DNA of 64,000 nt from an uncultured Verrucomicrobiae bacterium (GCA_963714695.1 CAVQPQ010000008.1:106831-170830), one strand, 5' to 3'; positions 49,863-60,629 are shown, numbered from the stretch's first letter. The notes: generated by a model not told the origin, from the letters alone. Translations and numbers: made by a program.

Positions 49863-51605
49863 TCAGTGCGCCGAGGTAATCAGGAGCACCTGCTCCAACG
49901 TCGAAATGCCTTCGCGCGCGCGGTCAAGACCCACCATGCGGAGCGTGTGCATTCCCTGGCTGACGGCCACCTTGCCCAGTTCGCGCGTGTTGGCGCGGGC
50001 GATGACGAGTTTGCGGATTTGGTCGGTGATGGTCATGGCCTCAATGATGGCCATGCGGCCGGCGTAGCCGGAATTTTTACATCGGTCGCAGCCACGTCCG
50101 CGGTAAAGTTGCACCCCGCTGAAAGTGGCGGGATCAATGCCAAGGTCTTCAAACATTTTTGGCGGATAGGATATCGGCTCCTTGCAGTGCGAGCAGATGC
50201 GGCGCATGAGACGTTGCGCACACGAAAGAATCACTGAGGACGAGATTAAAAATGGCGCAATGCCCATGTCATCGAGGCGCGCAATGGCGCCGGGCGCGTC
50301 GTTGCAATGCATGGTACTCAAGACCTGATGGCCGGTGAGCGCGGCTTCAATGGCAATTTCAGCCGTCTCGGTGTCGCGAATTTCGCCAATCATGATGATG
50401 TCCGGATCCTGACGCAGGATGGAACGCAGCGCGTTGGCAAACGTGAGTCCGATGTCTTTTTTGGTCGGCACCTGGTTGATGCCGGGAATTTGAAATTCCA
50501 CCGGGTCTTCGACCGTAACAATGTTGTAAATCGGATTGTTCAGTTCGTTGAGCGCGGAGTACAGGGTCGTGGTTTTCCCCGAACCCGTTGGGCCGGTGAC
50601 CAGGATTAATCCGTGCGGCGCATCAATGGCGAATTTGAATTGCTTGAGGGTTTCGGCGTCCAATCCGAGCTTGTCTATGCTCGCGGACAAGTTGGTTTTG
50701 TCGAGCACGCGCAGAACGATTTTCTCCCCGTGAACGGTGGGCAGCACGGACACGCGCAAGTCGAAATCCTTGCCGCTAACCTTGACGCGCATGCGGCCGT
50801 CCTGGGGCAGGCGGCGTTCGGCGATGTCCAGGCTGCTCATGATTTTGAAGCGCGAGGCCAGTGCCAGTTGCATTTGCTTGGGCGGCGGCGTGGCATCCAG
50901 GAGCACGCCGTCAACCCGGTAGCGCAAGCGCATGCCTTTTTCGAAAGGCTCCAGGTGAATGTCACTGGCTCGGTCCTTGATGGCCTGGACAATGATGAGA
51001 TTGGCAAGTTTGATGACCGGCGCTTCTCCGCTGGAGGCAGCAAGTTGATCAATGTTGACCTCTTCGACCCCCTCGTTGACGGATTCGACGGAGTCGGCTT
51101 CAGCTTCGGCTTCGCTTTGCTTTTTTGCGTCCTGAATGATGTCTTCCATTGAGCCGCCGCTTTTGGCGGCATCAAAGGCGTTCAACTTGTCAACGATGGC
51201 TTTCTCGGACGCAATGAGCGGGGTCACTTCGAGTTTGGTGATGCGCTTGACATCATCGAGGGCGAGAACGTTCAGCGGGTCGGCCATCGCGAGGAACAAC
51301 CGGTTTTCCAGCCGGGAAACTGGAATGACCTTGTAATTGTTCGTCGTGTCGCGCGGCAGCAATTCGATCACTTCCGGCAGAATGCTCACGCGCGTCAGGT
51401 TGATGGGCGAGACATTCAGCACGCGTCCCATGGAAACCGCCAGGTCCTGTTCGCTGACGTAGGACTTGTCAATAATGAGCTTGATCAAACGCGCCCCCTC
51501 CTTTTTTTGCTGTTCCAGCAGCTCCACAATCTGCCCCTCCGTCAGCAGGCCGTCCTCAACGAGTGCGTCCGCGATGCGTTCTCCAAATGATTTGACTTTG
51601 GCCAT
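49863..51605 (-). CDS. pilB: PilB/GspE-type assembly ATPase with N-terminal MshEN domain
   Basis: ASDIHLEP, LDIAERRLPQDG, GPTGSGKTT, LRQDPDIIMIGEIRD, CSHC..CDRC. Confidence 0.9.
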   Translation of the reverse strand: MAKVKSFGERIADALVEDGLLTEGQIVELLEQQKKEGARLIKLIIDKSYVSEQDLAVSMGRVLNVSPINLTRVSILPEVIELLPRDTTNNYKVIPVSRLENRLFLAMADPLNVLALDDVKRITKLEVTPLIASEKAIVDKLNAFDAAKSGGSMEDIIQDAKKQSEAEAEADSVESVNEGVEEVNIDQLAASSGEAPVIKLANLIIVQAIKDRASDIHLEPFEKGMRLRYRVDGVLLDATPPPKQMQLALASRFKIMSSLDIAERRLPQDGRMRVKVSGKDFDLRVSVLPTVHGEKIVLRVLDKTNLSASIDKLGLDAETLKQFKFAIDAPHGLILVTGPTGSGKTTTLYSALNELNNPIYNIVTVEDPVEFQIPGINQVPTKKDIGLTFANALRSILRQDPDIIMIGEIRDTETAEIAIEAALTGHQVLSTMHCNDAPGAIARLDDMGIAPFLISSSVILSCAQRLMRRICSHCKEPISYPPKMFEDLGIDPATFSGVQLYRGRGCDRCKNSGYAGRMAIIEAMTITDQIRKLVIARANTRELGKVAVSQGMHTLRMVGLDRAREGISTLEQVLLITSAH

Positions 51606-51609
51606 GGTT

Positions 51610-52458
51610 TTATCGGAATGCTTTGCGGAGGTTATAGATCAAGTCGGCCGGCGGCGCCAGATACCACAGCAGCCGGTGCGTTGTGGCTTCCGACAGATCC
51701 TTCATCGCCTGTTGGTTGAACGGATTGGCCGTGCCCACCAAAATGGATTTGCTCATGCGGTCGAAGGGCACGACACACCAGCGACGGCAAACCTCCGCCG
51801 GAAAACCGCGCAGCAAATCAATGTCCACGTCGTATTTGTCCAGCGGCAAATACGCCGTGCGTGATTTGTCGGCCAGCAACTTGAGCGATTTTTCCACGTG
51901 CAAAATGCTTCTCTCCGCCAGGTTGTAAACGAACGGTTCGACCACGTCGGACACCGCGCTGGTCAAATCCACGGCACGCCAGCACGAGTCAAAATCACCC
52001 GCGCTGATGATTTTGCTCTCGACAAAGATTTTGCGCATGGTCTTGTGGCCGTCGTCAACTTCCATTGCCGCCACCCGCGTCTTTTTCTGGAACTGCGACG
52101 TGTCGGGTTGAGACACCGATGCCGCCGACTCCACGCCTGCGTCCTGCACTGCCACATTGTTGGCCCTGTCTTCGATTTGCCTGAGTGCCGCCTGCACGTC
52201 GGCATCATCGGGGCGGCGTTGCAACACCGTTTCGTATTCCAGAATCGCGGATGAAAGCTGCCCCATCTGCATATACGCTTGGGCGATGCGTTTGGACGTA
52301 TTGATCACTTCCTGTTCGCGCCCGAGCTTGGTGTAGGCTTCCTTGAGAATTTCGAGCGACTGACAGTCATTGGGCTGCGATTGGGCAATAACCTCGAACA
52401 TCTCAATCGTCTGCTGCAATTGAGCTTCTTCGCTGGAGTTTAATACCGTTAAGTCCAT
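51610..52458 (-). CDS. TPR plus MshEN/T2SSE_N-like protein upstream of pilB
   Basis: N-terminal TPRs; C-terminal CVVPFDRMSKSILVGTANPFN resembles the PilB N-domain VIPVSRLENRLFLAMADPLN. Confidence 0.78.
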   Translation of the reverse strand: MDLTVLNSSEEAQLQQTIEMFEVIAQSQPNDCQSLEILKEAYTKLGREQEVINTSKRIAQAYMQMGQLSSAILEYETVLQRRPDDADVQAALRQIEDRANNVAVQDAGVESAASVSQPDTSQFQKKTRVAAMEVDDGHKTMRKIFVESKIISAGDFDSCWRAVDLTSAVSDVVEPFVYNLAERSILHVEKSLKLLADKSRTAYLPLDKYDVDIDLLRGFPAEVCRRWCVVPFDRMSKSILVGTANPFNQQAMKDLSEATTHRLLWYLAPPADLIYNLRKAFR

Positions 52459-52623
52459 ATTTTTAATGGTTCGCCTTCCGTAAAACAGCAATCGGCGCGC
52501 CATTTTAAGCATCGATAGGCGATAACGCAACCCCGCTGAACACTCCGGGATTACTTGCGGTATTGCTTTCCGAGACCGTCTGCGGAATCGTAACGCCATC
52601 CGGCCAACCGCTGGAACAAAAAA

Positions 52624-55600
52624 ATGACGCCGCCTGTTCCAATTATGGACCCCGCGCCCGGCGAACGCCTTCTGCGTTTTGTCGGCGACCGCGTCCGTTT
52701 TGCGTTGCGCGACGGCGGCGGGCAGCCGGGCTGGCGCGCGTTGCTGCGCACCAACCTCGGTCGCGCGGCCACACTGCGCCGGGAAATCATCACCGCCCAC
52801 GCCGGTGGCGCCGTTCCTGCCGGAGCCTCGTGGCGCGATTTGCCGATGCGGAAAACCGGCGACGGCTGGCAGATTGAACTGCCGCTGGCCGAAGCCGGCT
52901 ACTTCAAGGCCAAGGCGTATCTGCTCGATCCCAAAGGCTGGCAACATTGGCCCGACGGCCCGGACATCGGCATCAGTGTGCATCCCGATTTTGTCCGCAC
53001 TGCAAACACGGTTTACTGCGCCTTCACACGGCTGTTTGGCGCGACCAAAAGTCTGTCTTCCGCCCGCGACGAAAAACTCGAAGCCCAGTTCCGTCAACTC
53101 GACGAGCGCGGCTGCGCTGTCATTCCACCCTCCGGCAAGCTGCGCGACCTAGCGCGTCAGCTGCCCCACATCGTCCACACCCTCGGCTGCCGCATTCTGC
53201 AATTGCTGCCGGTGCAACCCACCCCGACGACTTATGCGCGCTTCGGCCGTTTCGGCAGTCCGTATGCCAGCCTGGATTTGACCGCCATTGATCCGGCGCT
53301 GGTTGAATTCGACCAACGCACCACCGGCGTGGATCAGTTTTGCGAACTCACCCGGGCCGCGCACTGGTTCGGCGCGCGCGTGTTCATTGACATCGTCATC
53401 AATCACACCGGCTGGGGCTCGACCCTCCAGGAAAACCATCCCGAATTTTTCCTGCGTCATCCCGATGGTTCATTCGCCAGCCCTGGCGCATGGGGAACAA
53501 CTTGGGAAGACCTGGTCGAATTGAAACAGGACTACGTCGCGCTCTGGGACCAAATCGCGGACGCGCTTTTGATCTGGTGCCGGCGCGGCGTGGACGGGTT
53601 TCGCTGCGATGCCGGCTACAAAATTCCCGTGCCGGCGTGGCAATACATCATCGCCCGCGTGCAGGATGAATTTCCTGAAACCATTTTTCTGCTGGAAGGT
53701 CTCGGCGGCTCCTGGGAAGCCACCGAAGCCCTGCTCACCGACGGCGGCATGCAATGGGCCTACTCCGAGCTGTTCCAGAATTATTCCGGCCGCGATGTCG
53801 CCAACTATCTTGATTACGCGAACCGTCAAAGCTCGCGTGTCGGCACCTATGTTCACTACAGCGAAACGCACGACAACGACCGCCTCGCTGCGCGCGGACG
53901 CGCCTGGTCGCTGTTGCGCAACCGCCTCTGCGCGCTGACCAGCGCCAGCGGCGGTTACGGCTTCACCTGCGGTGTTGAATGGCTGGCGGCGGAAAGAATC
54001 CGCGTCCACGGCTGCACGGGATTGAATTGGGACAGCAGCAGCAACATCGTTTCCGAACTCGCGCAGCTCAACCGGCTCATTGCCGACCATCCGTGCTTTT
54101 TCGACGGTGCAAAACTCACTCGCCTCAGCGCGCCCGATTCGCCGGTTTATGCGATGCTCCGCGAATCTGCCGAAGGAAAAGATTCCGTGCTGGTGCTGGT
54201 CAACCCCGACGTTGAAAAACCGAATTCGCTGGCCCTGGCGCCTGCCGATTTGAAATTTCCAATCTCAGAATTCAAAGTCGAACTGCTGGGCCAGCCGGCG
54301 CCAAAATTGTCCGCCAAGAAGGAACAGATTGTTTTCACGCTCGCCCCTGGCGCGTGTCAGTGCCTTGCTCCAACGTCCCAACCGGTCGGTGTGAGCGGCG
54401 AAGCTTACCGTCGCGCACGCGCCCAGACTGCGTGGGCGCTGCAAGCGCTCAGCCGGTTGGTCCCCGCTGAAATCATTGACGGCCTCGACTGGCGCTGGCT
54501 CGCCGACCAGGCCGGGCGTTCGCCGGCGAATTTTCTCGCCGCCGCCAGCCGGTTCAGTTGCGACCCGAAATCGTCGTTGCCAGACTTGTTGCGCGATGGC
54601 GAGCAACGAAAGGTTTTCCCGCGCTTGGTGGTCTGGACTTTGCTCGACCACCGGCGCGTGACCCCCGTTCCGCCCGGCCATTGGCTGCTCATTCAAGACA
54701 GCGCGCCATTCCGGGCCACACTGCAAATGCGGAATGCGGAATGCGGAATGCGGAATGAAACCGGGCGCGCGATTCACGTCCAATCCATCGCTGTGGCTGA
54801 CGGACACATCGCCTGTTTTGCGCCGTGCGAAACTGCGGCCGACGCTAAACTGATCCTGGAACGTTATGCCGCCGCATCGCAGCATATTGCCGTCGCGATT
54901 CGTTTCCTGCCGCCTTCTCCATCGTCCTCGTTCTCGTCCTCGGATCTCGTGCTATTGACCAACGGCATCGGCGGCATGGCGCGTATGTGCGTGGATTTGG
55001 GCCGCGTGAATTCCAAATACGACTGCGTCCTCGGCGCGAACCTGGATGCGAGCGTCCCGGTGGATCGCCATGTTTTTGTCAAACGCATCCGCGTCTGGGT
55101 CAACGCCGATGGATTTCTTTCGCCGCTCAACGCGGAAAATCTCGCTTCGTTTGACGCCGGCCCGCCGGCCACCTGGCAGTTTGTCGCCAATGCCGGGGAC
55201 GGGCGCACGGTCGAAATCGAATTGTGCGCCGAAATGATTGAAGGCAAAAACACGACGGTTTTTTATTTCCGCCGGCCGGCTGAAAAACATGCCCAAGGCA
55301 AACAACTGCCCGCCGATGCCGATGTGCGGCTGACCGTCCGTTTTGACATCGAAGACCGGAATTTTCACTGGGAAACCAAACGCAACGGCGGCGCGGATTT
55401 TCATTTTTCGACCAATACACACACTTTATCCGAACTCCGAACTCCGAACTCCGAACTCCCAAAAGCCGGCTTTGCCTTCACGCCCGCACCGGATCGCCAG
55501 TTGCGCGTGTTTGCGGACGCTGGCGAGTATCATCCGCAGCCGGAGTGGTGCGAAAACATTCCCCACCCGGTCGAGCAAAGCCGCGGACAAACCGGCAGCG

Positions 55601-57153
55601 GCGATGCCTACAGTCCCGGCTGGTTTGAACTGGCGTTGCCGAAAGGCGCGAGTGTCACGCTGGTTGCCACGGCGGAGACGGACGGATCTTCAGTTGGAGT
55701 TCAAGCTTCAGCTTGCGCCGGCAACACGCTGAAGCTTGAACTCCAATACGCCGGGTCGGAACACAACGCTCCATTTGAAAAACAGCTTCTCCACGCCGCG
55801 AAACAGTTTGTCGTCCGGCGGGACCAGGGTAAAACGGTCATCGCCGGTTATCCCTGGTTCCTGGATTGGGGCCGGGATTCGCTGATTTGCGCCCGCGGAC
55901 TGCTGGCAGCCGGCATGGTGGATGACGTGAAACAATTACTGCTCATGTTCGCAAAATTTGAGAAAGACGGCACGCTGCCGAACACGATCCATGGCAACGA
56001 TGTGTCGAACCGTGACACCTCCGACGCGCCATTATGGTTCGCCCTCGCGTGCGAGGAACTGGCCATTCAAAATTCAAAATTTTGTAGGAGCCGAGGTAAC
56101 GAGGCTCAAAATAAAAACGCGTCAGAGACTCCTCACGTCGTCTCCTACGAGTTTTACTCCACGCCGGTTGACCCTGCTCGCACCATCCGCGACGTGCTGA
56201 CGAGCATCGCGGAAAATTACGCGCGCGGCACGCCAAACGGCATCCGCATGGACGCCGACTCGGCGCTGATCTGGAGTCCAAGCCATTTCACGTGGATGGA
56301 CACGAATCATCCCGCCTGCACGCCGCGCGAAGGGTATCCGGTGGAAATTCAAGTTCTATGGATCCGCCTCTTGCGCCAGCTTGAAAAAATCAGTGCGACT
56401 GGAAGTGCCGCCGGGCAACGGGGTGGAAAATCGCTTGGAGCTCCGCCTTCAGGCGGCAAGGATGCGAATGAACACCAAGGCCGCGTAAACGCGGAACTCC
56501 AAACGATGTCAGTTGAACAAAAAAAATGGCGGGGGCTGGCCGAACGCGCGACGGATTCCCTGGAAAAGTTTTTCTGGATCGAAGACAAGGGGTGGCTGGC
56601 CGACGTGCTGCTGGCCAAACCCGATGTCGCCGCCCGCGAAGCCACCCCCGACGACACGTTGCGCAGCAATTATCTGTTCGCCGTCAGCCTCGGCCTCGTG
56701 ACCGGCGAACGCGCGAAACGCTGCGTCGAAGCCGCGCAAAAATATCTGGTGGTGCCCGGCGCGTTGCGGTCGCTGGCGCCATTGCCGGTTTCAATCCCGC
56801 TGCCGATTTATCGTGACGGCCAGCTTCTAAACAACCCCATCGAGCCATACTGTCCACGTTACGAAGGCGACGAGGACACGCGCCGCAAACCCGCGTATCA
56901 CAACGGCACGGCATGGACGTGGACGTTCCCGACGTTTTGCGAAGCGCTGGCCCGGGCTTGGGATTTTTCACCGGAAGCCGTGGCGGCGGCAAAAGCGTAT
57001 CTGGGCAGCATGGAACAATTGATGAACGAAGGCTGCCTCGGCCAAATTCCCGAAATCCTCGATGGCGACGCCCCGCACACGCAACGCGGCTGCGACGCTC
57101 AAGCCTGGGGCGTGACCGAAACCTTGCGCGTGTGGAAATTGTTGGGGAAATGA
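52624..57153 (+). CDS. Glycogen debranching enzyme (GH13 domain plus amylo-alpha-1,6-glucosidase)
   Basis: DIVINH, VDGFRCDAG, ETHDNDR; IAGYPWFLDWGRD, FTWMD, YHNGTAW, GCDAQAWG. Confidence 0.92.
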   Translation: MTPPVPIMDPAPGERLLRFVGDRVRFALRDGGGQPGWRALLRTNLGRAATLRREIITAHAGGAVPAGASWRDLPMRKTGDGWQIELPLAEAGYFKAKAYLLDPKGWQHWPDGPDIGISVHPDFVRTANTVYCAFTRLFGATKSLSSARDEKLEAQFRQLDERGCAVIPPSGKLRDLARQLPHIVHTLGCRILQLLPVQPTPTTYARFGRFGSPYASLDLTAIDPALVEFDQRTTGVDQFCELTRAAHWFGARVFIDIVINHTGWGSTLQENHPEFFLRHPDGSFASPGAWGTTWEDLVELKQDYVALWDQIADALLIWCRRGVDGFRCDAGYKIPVPAWQYIIARVQDEFPETIFLLEGLGGSWEATEALLTDGGMQWAYSELFQNYSGRDVANYLDYANRQSSRVGTYVHYSETHDNDRLAARGRAWSLLRNRLCALTSASGGYGFTCGVEWLAAERIRVHGCTGLNWDSSSNIVSELAQLNRLIADHPCFFDGAKLTRLSAPDSPVYAMLRESAEGKDSVLVLVNPDVEKPNSLALAPADLKFPISEFKVELLGQPAPKLSAKKEQIVFTLAPGACQCLAPTSQPVGVSGEAYRRARAQTAWALQALSRLVPAEIIDGLDWRWLADQAGRSPANFLAAASRFSCDPKSSLPDLLRDGEQRKVFPRLVVWTLLDHRRVTPVPPGHWLLIQDSAPFRATLQMRNAECGMRNETGRAIHVQSIAVADGHIACFAPCETAADAKLILERYAAASQHIAVAIRFLPPSPSSSFSSSDLVLLTNGIGGMARMCVDLGRVNSKYDCVLGANLDASVPVDRHVFVKRIRVWVNADGFLSPLNAENLASFDAGPPATWQFVANAGDGRTVEIELCAEMIEGKNTTVFYFRRPAEKHAQGKQLPADADVRLTVRFDIEDRNFHWETKRNGGADFHFSTNTHTLSELRTPNSELPKAGFAFTPAPDRQLRVFADAGEYHPQPEWCENIPHPVEQSRGQTGSGDAYSPGWFELALPKGASVTLVATAETDGSSVGVQASACAGNTLKLELQYAGSEHNAPFEKQLLHAAKQFVVRRDQGKTVIAGYPWFLDWGRDSLICARGLLAAGMVDDVKQLLLMFAKFEKDGTLPNTIHGNDVSNRDTSDAPLWFALACEELAIQNSKFCRSRGNEAQNKNASETPHVVSYEFYSTPVDPARTIRDVLTSIAENYARGTPNGIRMDADSALIWSPSHFTWMDTNHPACTPREGYPVEIQVLWIRLLRQLEKISATGSAAGQRGGKSLGAPPSGGKDANEHQGRVNAELQTMSVEQKKWRGLAERATDSLEKFFWIEDKGWLADVLLAKPDVAAREATPDDTLRSNYLFAVSLGLVTGERAKRCVEAAQKYLVVPGALRSLAPLPVSIPLPIYRDGQLLNNPIEPYCPRYEGDEDTRRKPAYHNGTAWTWTFPTFCEALARAWDFSPEAVAAAKAYLGSMEQLMNEGCLGQIPEILDGDAPHTQRGCDAQAWGVTETLRVWKLLGK

Positions 57154-57166
57154 GATTTGTGTTTTA

Positions 57167-57327
57167 CGCCCGCCCTCAACCTGACCTTCTCCCCCAGGAG
57201 AAGGAACAGCAATTGCAGGTTTTCTGTTTGCGAATGACCGTCCGGTAAATCCAGTCGCGCGAATTTTCAAGGAGACGGCGAACGATTCACCTTCTCCCGG
57301 GGGAGAAGGTCAGGTTGAGGGCGGGCG
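57167..57327. repeat. MITE/REP-like element with long terminal inverted repeats
   Basis: CGCCCGCCCTCAACCTGACCTTCTCCCCC ... GGGGGAGAAGGTCAGGTTGAGGGCGGGCG. Confidence 0.85.
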
Positions 57328-57351
57328 TTTGCCCTAAAAACCAAAATCGAA

Positions 57352-57552
57352 ATGAGCCCGGCAATTCCAACCGGACAAAGCTCCGGCGGAACGACATATG
57401 AATACGCGGTGAAGAGCAGTTTTCTGTTGAGCTTCCTCGAATCCGTGCCGGACGTGGCAAACAAGCTGAAAGCGCCGGTCACGGCGGAGCGGAAATTTGA
57501 GGATGTGGTCAAATCCGCCCAAGACGCCGCCGTCCTCGTGCTCGTTTATTGA
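57352..57552 (+). pseudogene. Probable C-terminal remnant of a larger gene
   Basis: YAVKSSFLLSFLESVP...FEDVVKSAQDAAVLVLVY resembles the tail of trypsin-like/Sel1 proteins (from recollection). Confidence 0.4.
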
Positions 57553-57888
57553 TGTGGCGTCGGCGCCGCGCGCCGATTCGTTCGAGCCACAGGCTCGACA
57601 CTACAACTTCTGCGGCGATGCTGTTCTCGTTTATTGAATGACGACCGGGTTTAACGCAAAGACGCCAAGGCGCAAAGATTAGGCAGTGTTTACCTTGCGC
57701 CTTGGCGTTAAAACTCGCCGCAGACAACCAAAAGGAATTGACAGGTCATGGCCGGGGCGCATCATGCCCGCAAAGTCAGGCGGGCGGGAAGGGACAAGGC
57801 ATTCGGACTTTGGCTTTTCCCGGCAAAAAACATCAAATGACAAAGTGAGTTTGTCCGGAAAATACTGTTAGCTGAAAGGAGCGAATCG

Positions 57889-58482
57889 ATGCAAAAGAAA
57901 ACGGCAAAGAACCACATCGCAAAGCTGCTGGTGCTTGCGTTGCTGACGGGTGACACCTGCGTAGCTTTCGTTCACGCCGATCAAGACCCTTTAGGCCAGC
58001 TCTATAACGCGATCACCTACGAGGATGTTCCAAAAGCCAAAGCTGCCCTTGCGGCAGGTATTGACTGGGCGAATGACGGCAAGACGGACCATCAATTTTC
58101 AACGCTCCATTTCGCAGTTGGGCATACGTCCTCGAATGGCGTTGAGATTCTAAAATTGCTCTTGGCAAGCAAGGCGGACGTGAATGCGAGAGCTGAATAT
58201 CGTCAGACGCCATTGCATTTCGCGGCCCAAAGCGGCAACGCGGTTGCGTTGAAGCTCCTTATTGAGCATGGGGCGGATGTCAATGCTCAACAAAGAGACC
58301 GCAAGACACCGCTGCATCTTGCCGCATCAAACGGTTACATTGAGATCGTCAAAATACTCATAGAAAATCGCGCCGATGTAAGAGCGAAAGATCTTTACAA
58401 GAACACACCTTTGATGTGCGCAGTCGTAGCGAAGCATAAGGAAGTCGAAAAATTCTTACGACAGCACGGCGCGAAGGAGTGA
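57889..58482 (+). CDS. Secreted ankyrin-repeat protein
   Basis: TPLHFAA, TPLHLAA and TPLMCA repeats with GADVNA; signal-like N-terminus. Confidence 0.9.
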   Translation: MQKKTAKNHIAKLLVLALLTGDTCVAFVHADQDPLGQLYNAITYEDVPKAKAALAAGIDWANDGKTDHQFSTLHFAVGHTSSNGVEILKLLLASKADVNARAEYRQTPLHFAAQSGNAVALKLLIEHGADVNAQQRDRKTPLHLAASNGYIEIVKILIENRADVRAKDLYKNTPLMCAVVAKHKEVEKFLRQHGAKE

Positions 58483-58534
58483 AGATGACAACAAAATCGA
58501 AACGCGACGGCTATGGCTGATCTAGAATCTGCAG

Positions 58535-59572
58535 TTACCTCTTCGCCGCCAGCAACTCGTTCACTTTTCCCATCACGGCGAAGGCGTCGGCCACGTAAAG
58601 CACGTCGGCTTTGCCGCGCGCCCAGCCGCAGTTCGGGTCCAGGCTGATGGCGCGGCGTTCATTGATGAAACGCCAGCCGACGGTGTGCGGTTCCTCGCCG
58701 TGACAGCAGGTGCTCAATCCCTTCGGATGCCGCGGCGTCGAGCCGGTCTGGCCAATCTGGTTCAGGTGCGACAGAAACGACAGCACGGCCTGGCCTTCGC
58801 CGCCCAGGTCCACCAGCGATTTGCTGCTGCCCAGCGACGCGCGGCCAAGTTGTAGGAAATCGCGGATCAATTTTTCCGCCTCCGGCACGTGCGTCTGGCC
58901 GTCGGCCTGTTTCTTCGTCCAGCCCGCGCCGGTCACGAAGAGCAGTTCCGCGTCGGGCCGGATGGTCTGGGCGTCGGCCTTCGGCTCGCGAATGCCAACC
59001 ACCGTGGTGCGTTTGCCGGAGTCCGGCAGATTCACGGTCACCGTTTCAACCTTGGCCGTGCCGGCGCCGCATTCGCAGGCGGTCTGGCTGCCGGGGTCAA
59101 CGAGAATGAACCAGGGCCGCTGTGTGCGGGTGAGCGTGGCTTCCATGCGCTGGCGGTAATACCAGCGATTGATGGCCGGCTTGCCGCCGGCGTCAGAAAC
59201 GCCGGTCACGTGAGTGTCGGCGCGTCCGCCGAGCCGTTGCGCGACGCCGGGCAGCACGCGCGCCCAGCGCGACGTCGCCGGAGCGACAACAATTGTGGCT
59301 TGGGCCGATTTGCAGATGGCTTCCGCCGCCGCCGCATCGGACGCGTAACGCGACGGGGCAAAGTCCTTGCCGGCCACGCCGAAATATTTCGTGGCGGGGC
59401 AGGCGGCGATGGAATCCGCCGCCGCCTGGACGCTTTCGCCGACGAGGCCCACGACGAGGCTGGAGCCGGCGAGGGCTTTGTTCAGGGTGCGGGCCGCGTG
59501 CAACGCCTCGCGGGCGGATTTGGCGAGCGAGCCATCGGCTTCGGTGTGGGCGAGAAGTAAAATTGTTTCCAT
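58535..59572 (-). CDS. etfA: Electron transfer flavoprotein alpha subunit (divergent)
   Basis: LGSSKSLVD, QIGQTGSTP, KADVLYVADAF. Confidence 0.82.
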   Translation of the reverse strand: METILLLAHTEADGSLAKSAREALHAARTLNKALAGSSLVVGLVGESVQAAADSIAACPATKYFGVAGKDFAPSRYASDAAAAEAICKSAQATIVVAPATSRWARVLPGVAQRLGGRADTHVTGVSDAGGKPAINRWYYRQRMEATLTRTQRPWFILVDPGSQTACECGAGTAKVETVTVNLPDSGKRTTVVGIREPKADAQTIRPDAELLFVTGAGWTKKQADGQTHVPEAEKLIRDFLQLGRASLGSSKSLVDLGGEGQAVLSFLSHLNQIGQTGSTPRHPKGLSTCCHGEEPHTVGWRFINERRAISLDPNCGWARGKADVLYVADAFAVMGKVNELLAAKR

Positions 59573-59819
59573 AAATTTTTAGCCGCAAAAAGGCGCAAAA
59601 TCAAATTGCGTCGGACAACACGAATTTTCTGACCGAGAGCTTGCTGGACGCAACTTGATAATTCCATCAACTCCCTCGCCCCGCCAGAGCGGGGCGAGGG
59701 GATTTGAATTTAAACGCGCCACCTCACCCCGGCCCTCTCCCCCAACTCCGTTGGCGGAGAGGGAGAATATTTTCCAGGTCTTCATGTGTTTTTTTTGTGT
59801 TTCGTGTATTCCGTGGTTT

Positions 59820-60629
59820 CTACTTTTTTATCCACTCGACAATTTCCTTTGCGATATCTTCCGCCGATTTGTCCTTCACGATTTTGGTTTCGCGCAATTG
59901 TTTCGGGAGCGAGACCCTCGCAAAGCTCAAACTTTCGCCGGCGAGTTTCACCGGTTTGGCCTTTTGCAGCGCGGGCATCACGGTGCGCATGTTCACCATG
60001 CCCACCTGCGGATTGTTTTTGGGTTCCGGCAGATTGCCGGTAGCCCAGCCGAGCAGGGTGGGCGGGCCGGCGCACTTCGAAATCTGGTGTTTGCCGCCCT
60101 CGATGCGCTCCAGAATTTCCAGCGAACCGTCGGCGGCGATTTTCAATTCATCCACGCCCTGGAACTGGTCGGTGATGCCGAGGCGTTCGCCAACCATCTG
60201 CATCGTCGCGCCCGCGCCGCGCGACGCGGATTCCCAGCCGCCGAACACGAGCAGCTTGGATTTGTCGAGACCGGGGATGGCCGAGATGGCATCGGCGAGC
60301 GCCGCGGCGACTTCGGCGGCTTCGGTGAATCCGCTGGCCGGGCCGTCGAGCGCGACGAGTTCGAAGGGCACCTTTTGAGCGACGGTCATCATCACCTGCT
60401 GGAGCTTGGCCTTGGGGCCGAGGCTGACGAGCCAGACTTTGGACCCGGGCGCATTCTTCGCCAGGTTGGCCGCTTCATAAAGCGCGTGGCTGGCCCACGG
60501 GTCGAGGATGGCGGGCAGCATCATTTCATTTTTCAACGCCGGCCCAGTGGGCGACGCGATGGGTTCAAGCGTTTGTAGCGGATCGGGAACGATGCTGCCG
60601 CAGACAATAATCTGGTATGCAATGCTCAT
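59820..60629 (-). CDS. etfB: Electron transfer flavoprotein beta subunit (divergent)
   Basis: IIVCGSIVPD, LDPWASHALYEA, VSLGP, GGWESASRG, ERIEGG. Confidence 0.82.
   Translation of the reverse strand: MSIAYQIIVCGSIVPDPLQTLEPIASPTGPALKNEMMLPAILDPWASHALYEAANLAKNAPGSKVWLVSLGPKAKLQQVMMTVAQKVPFELVALDGPASGFTEAAEVAAALADAISAIPGLDKSKLLVFGGWESASRGAGATMQMVGERLGITDQFQGVDELKIAADGSLEILERIEGGKHQISKCAGPPTLLGWATGNLPEPKNNPQVGMVNMRTVMPALQKAKPVKLAGESLSFARVSLPKQLRETKIVKDKSAEDIAKEIVEWIKK

Noticed and set aside
52459-53097. N-terminal extension of the 495-aa ORF 51610-53097
   Set aside because: It overlaps the debranching gene on the opposite strand; the plausible start is ATG 52458.
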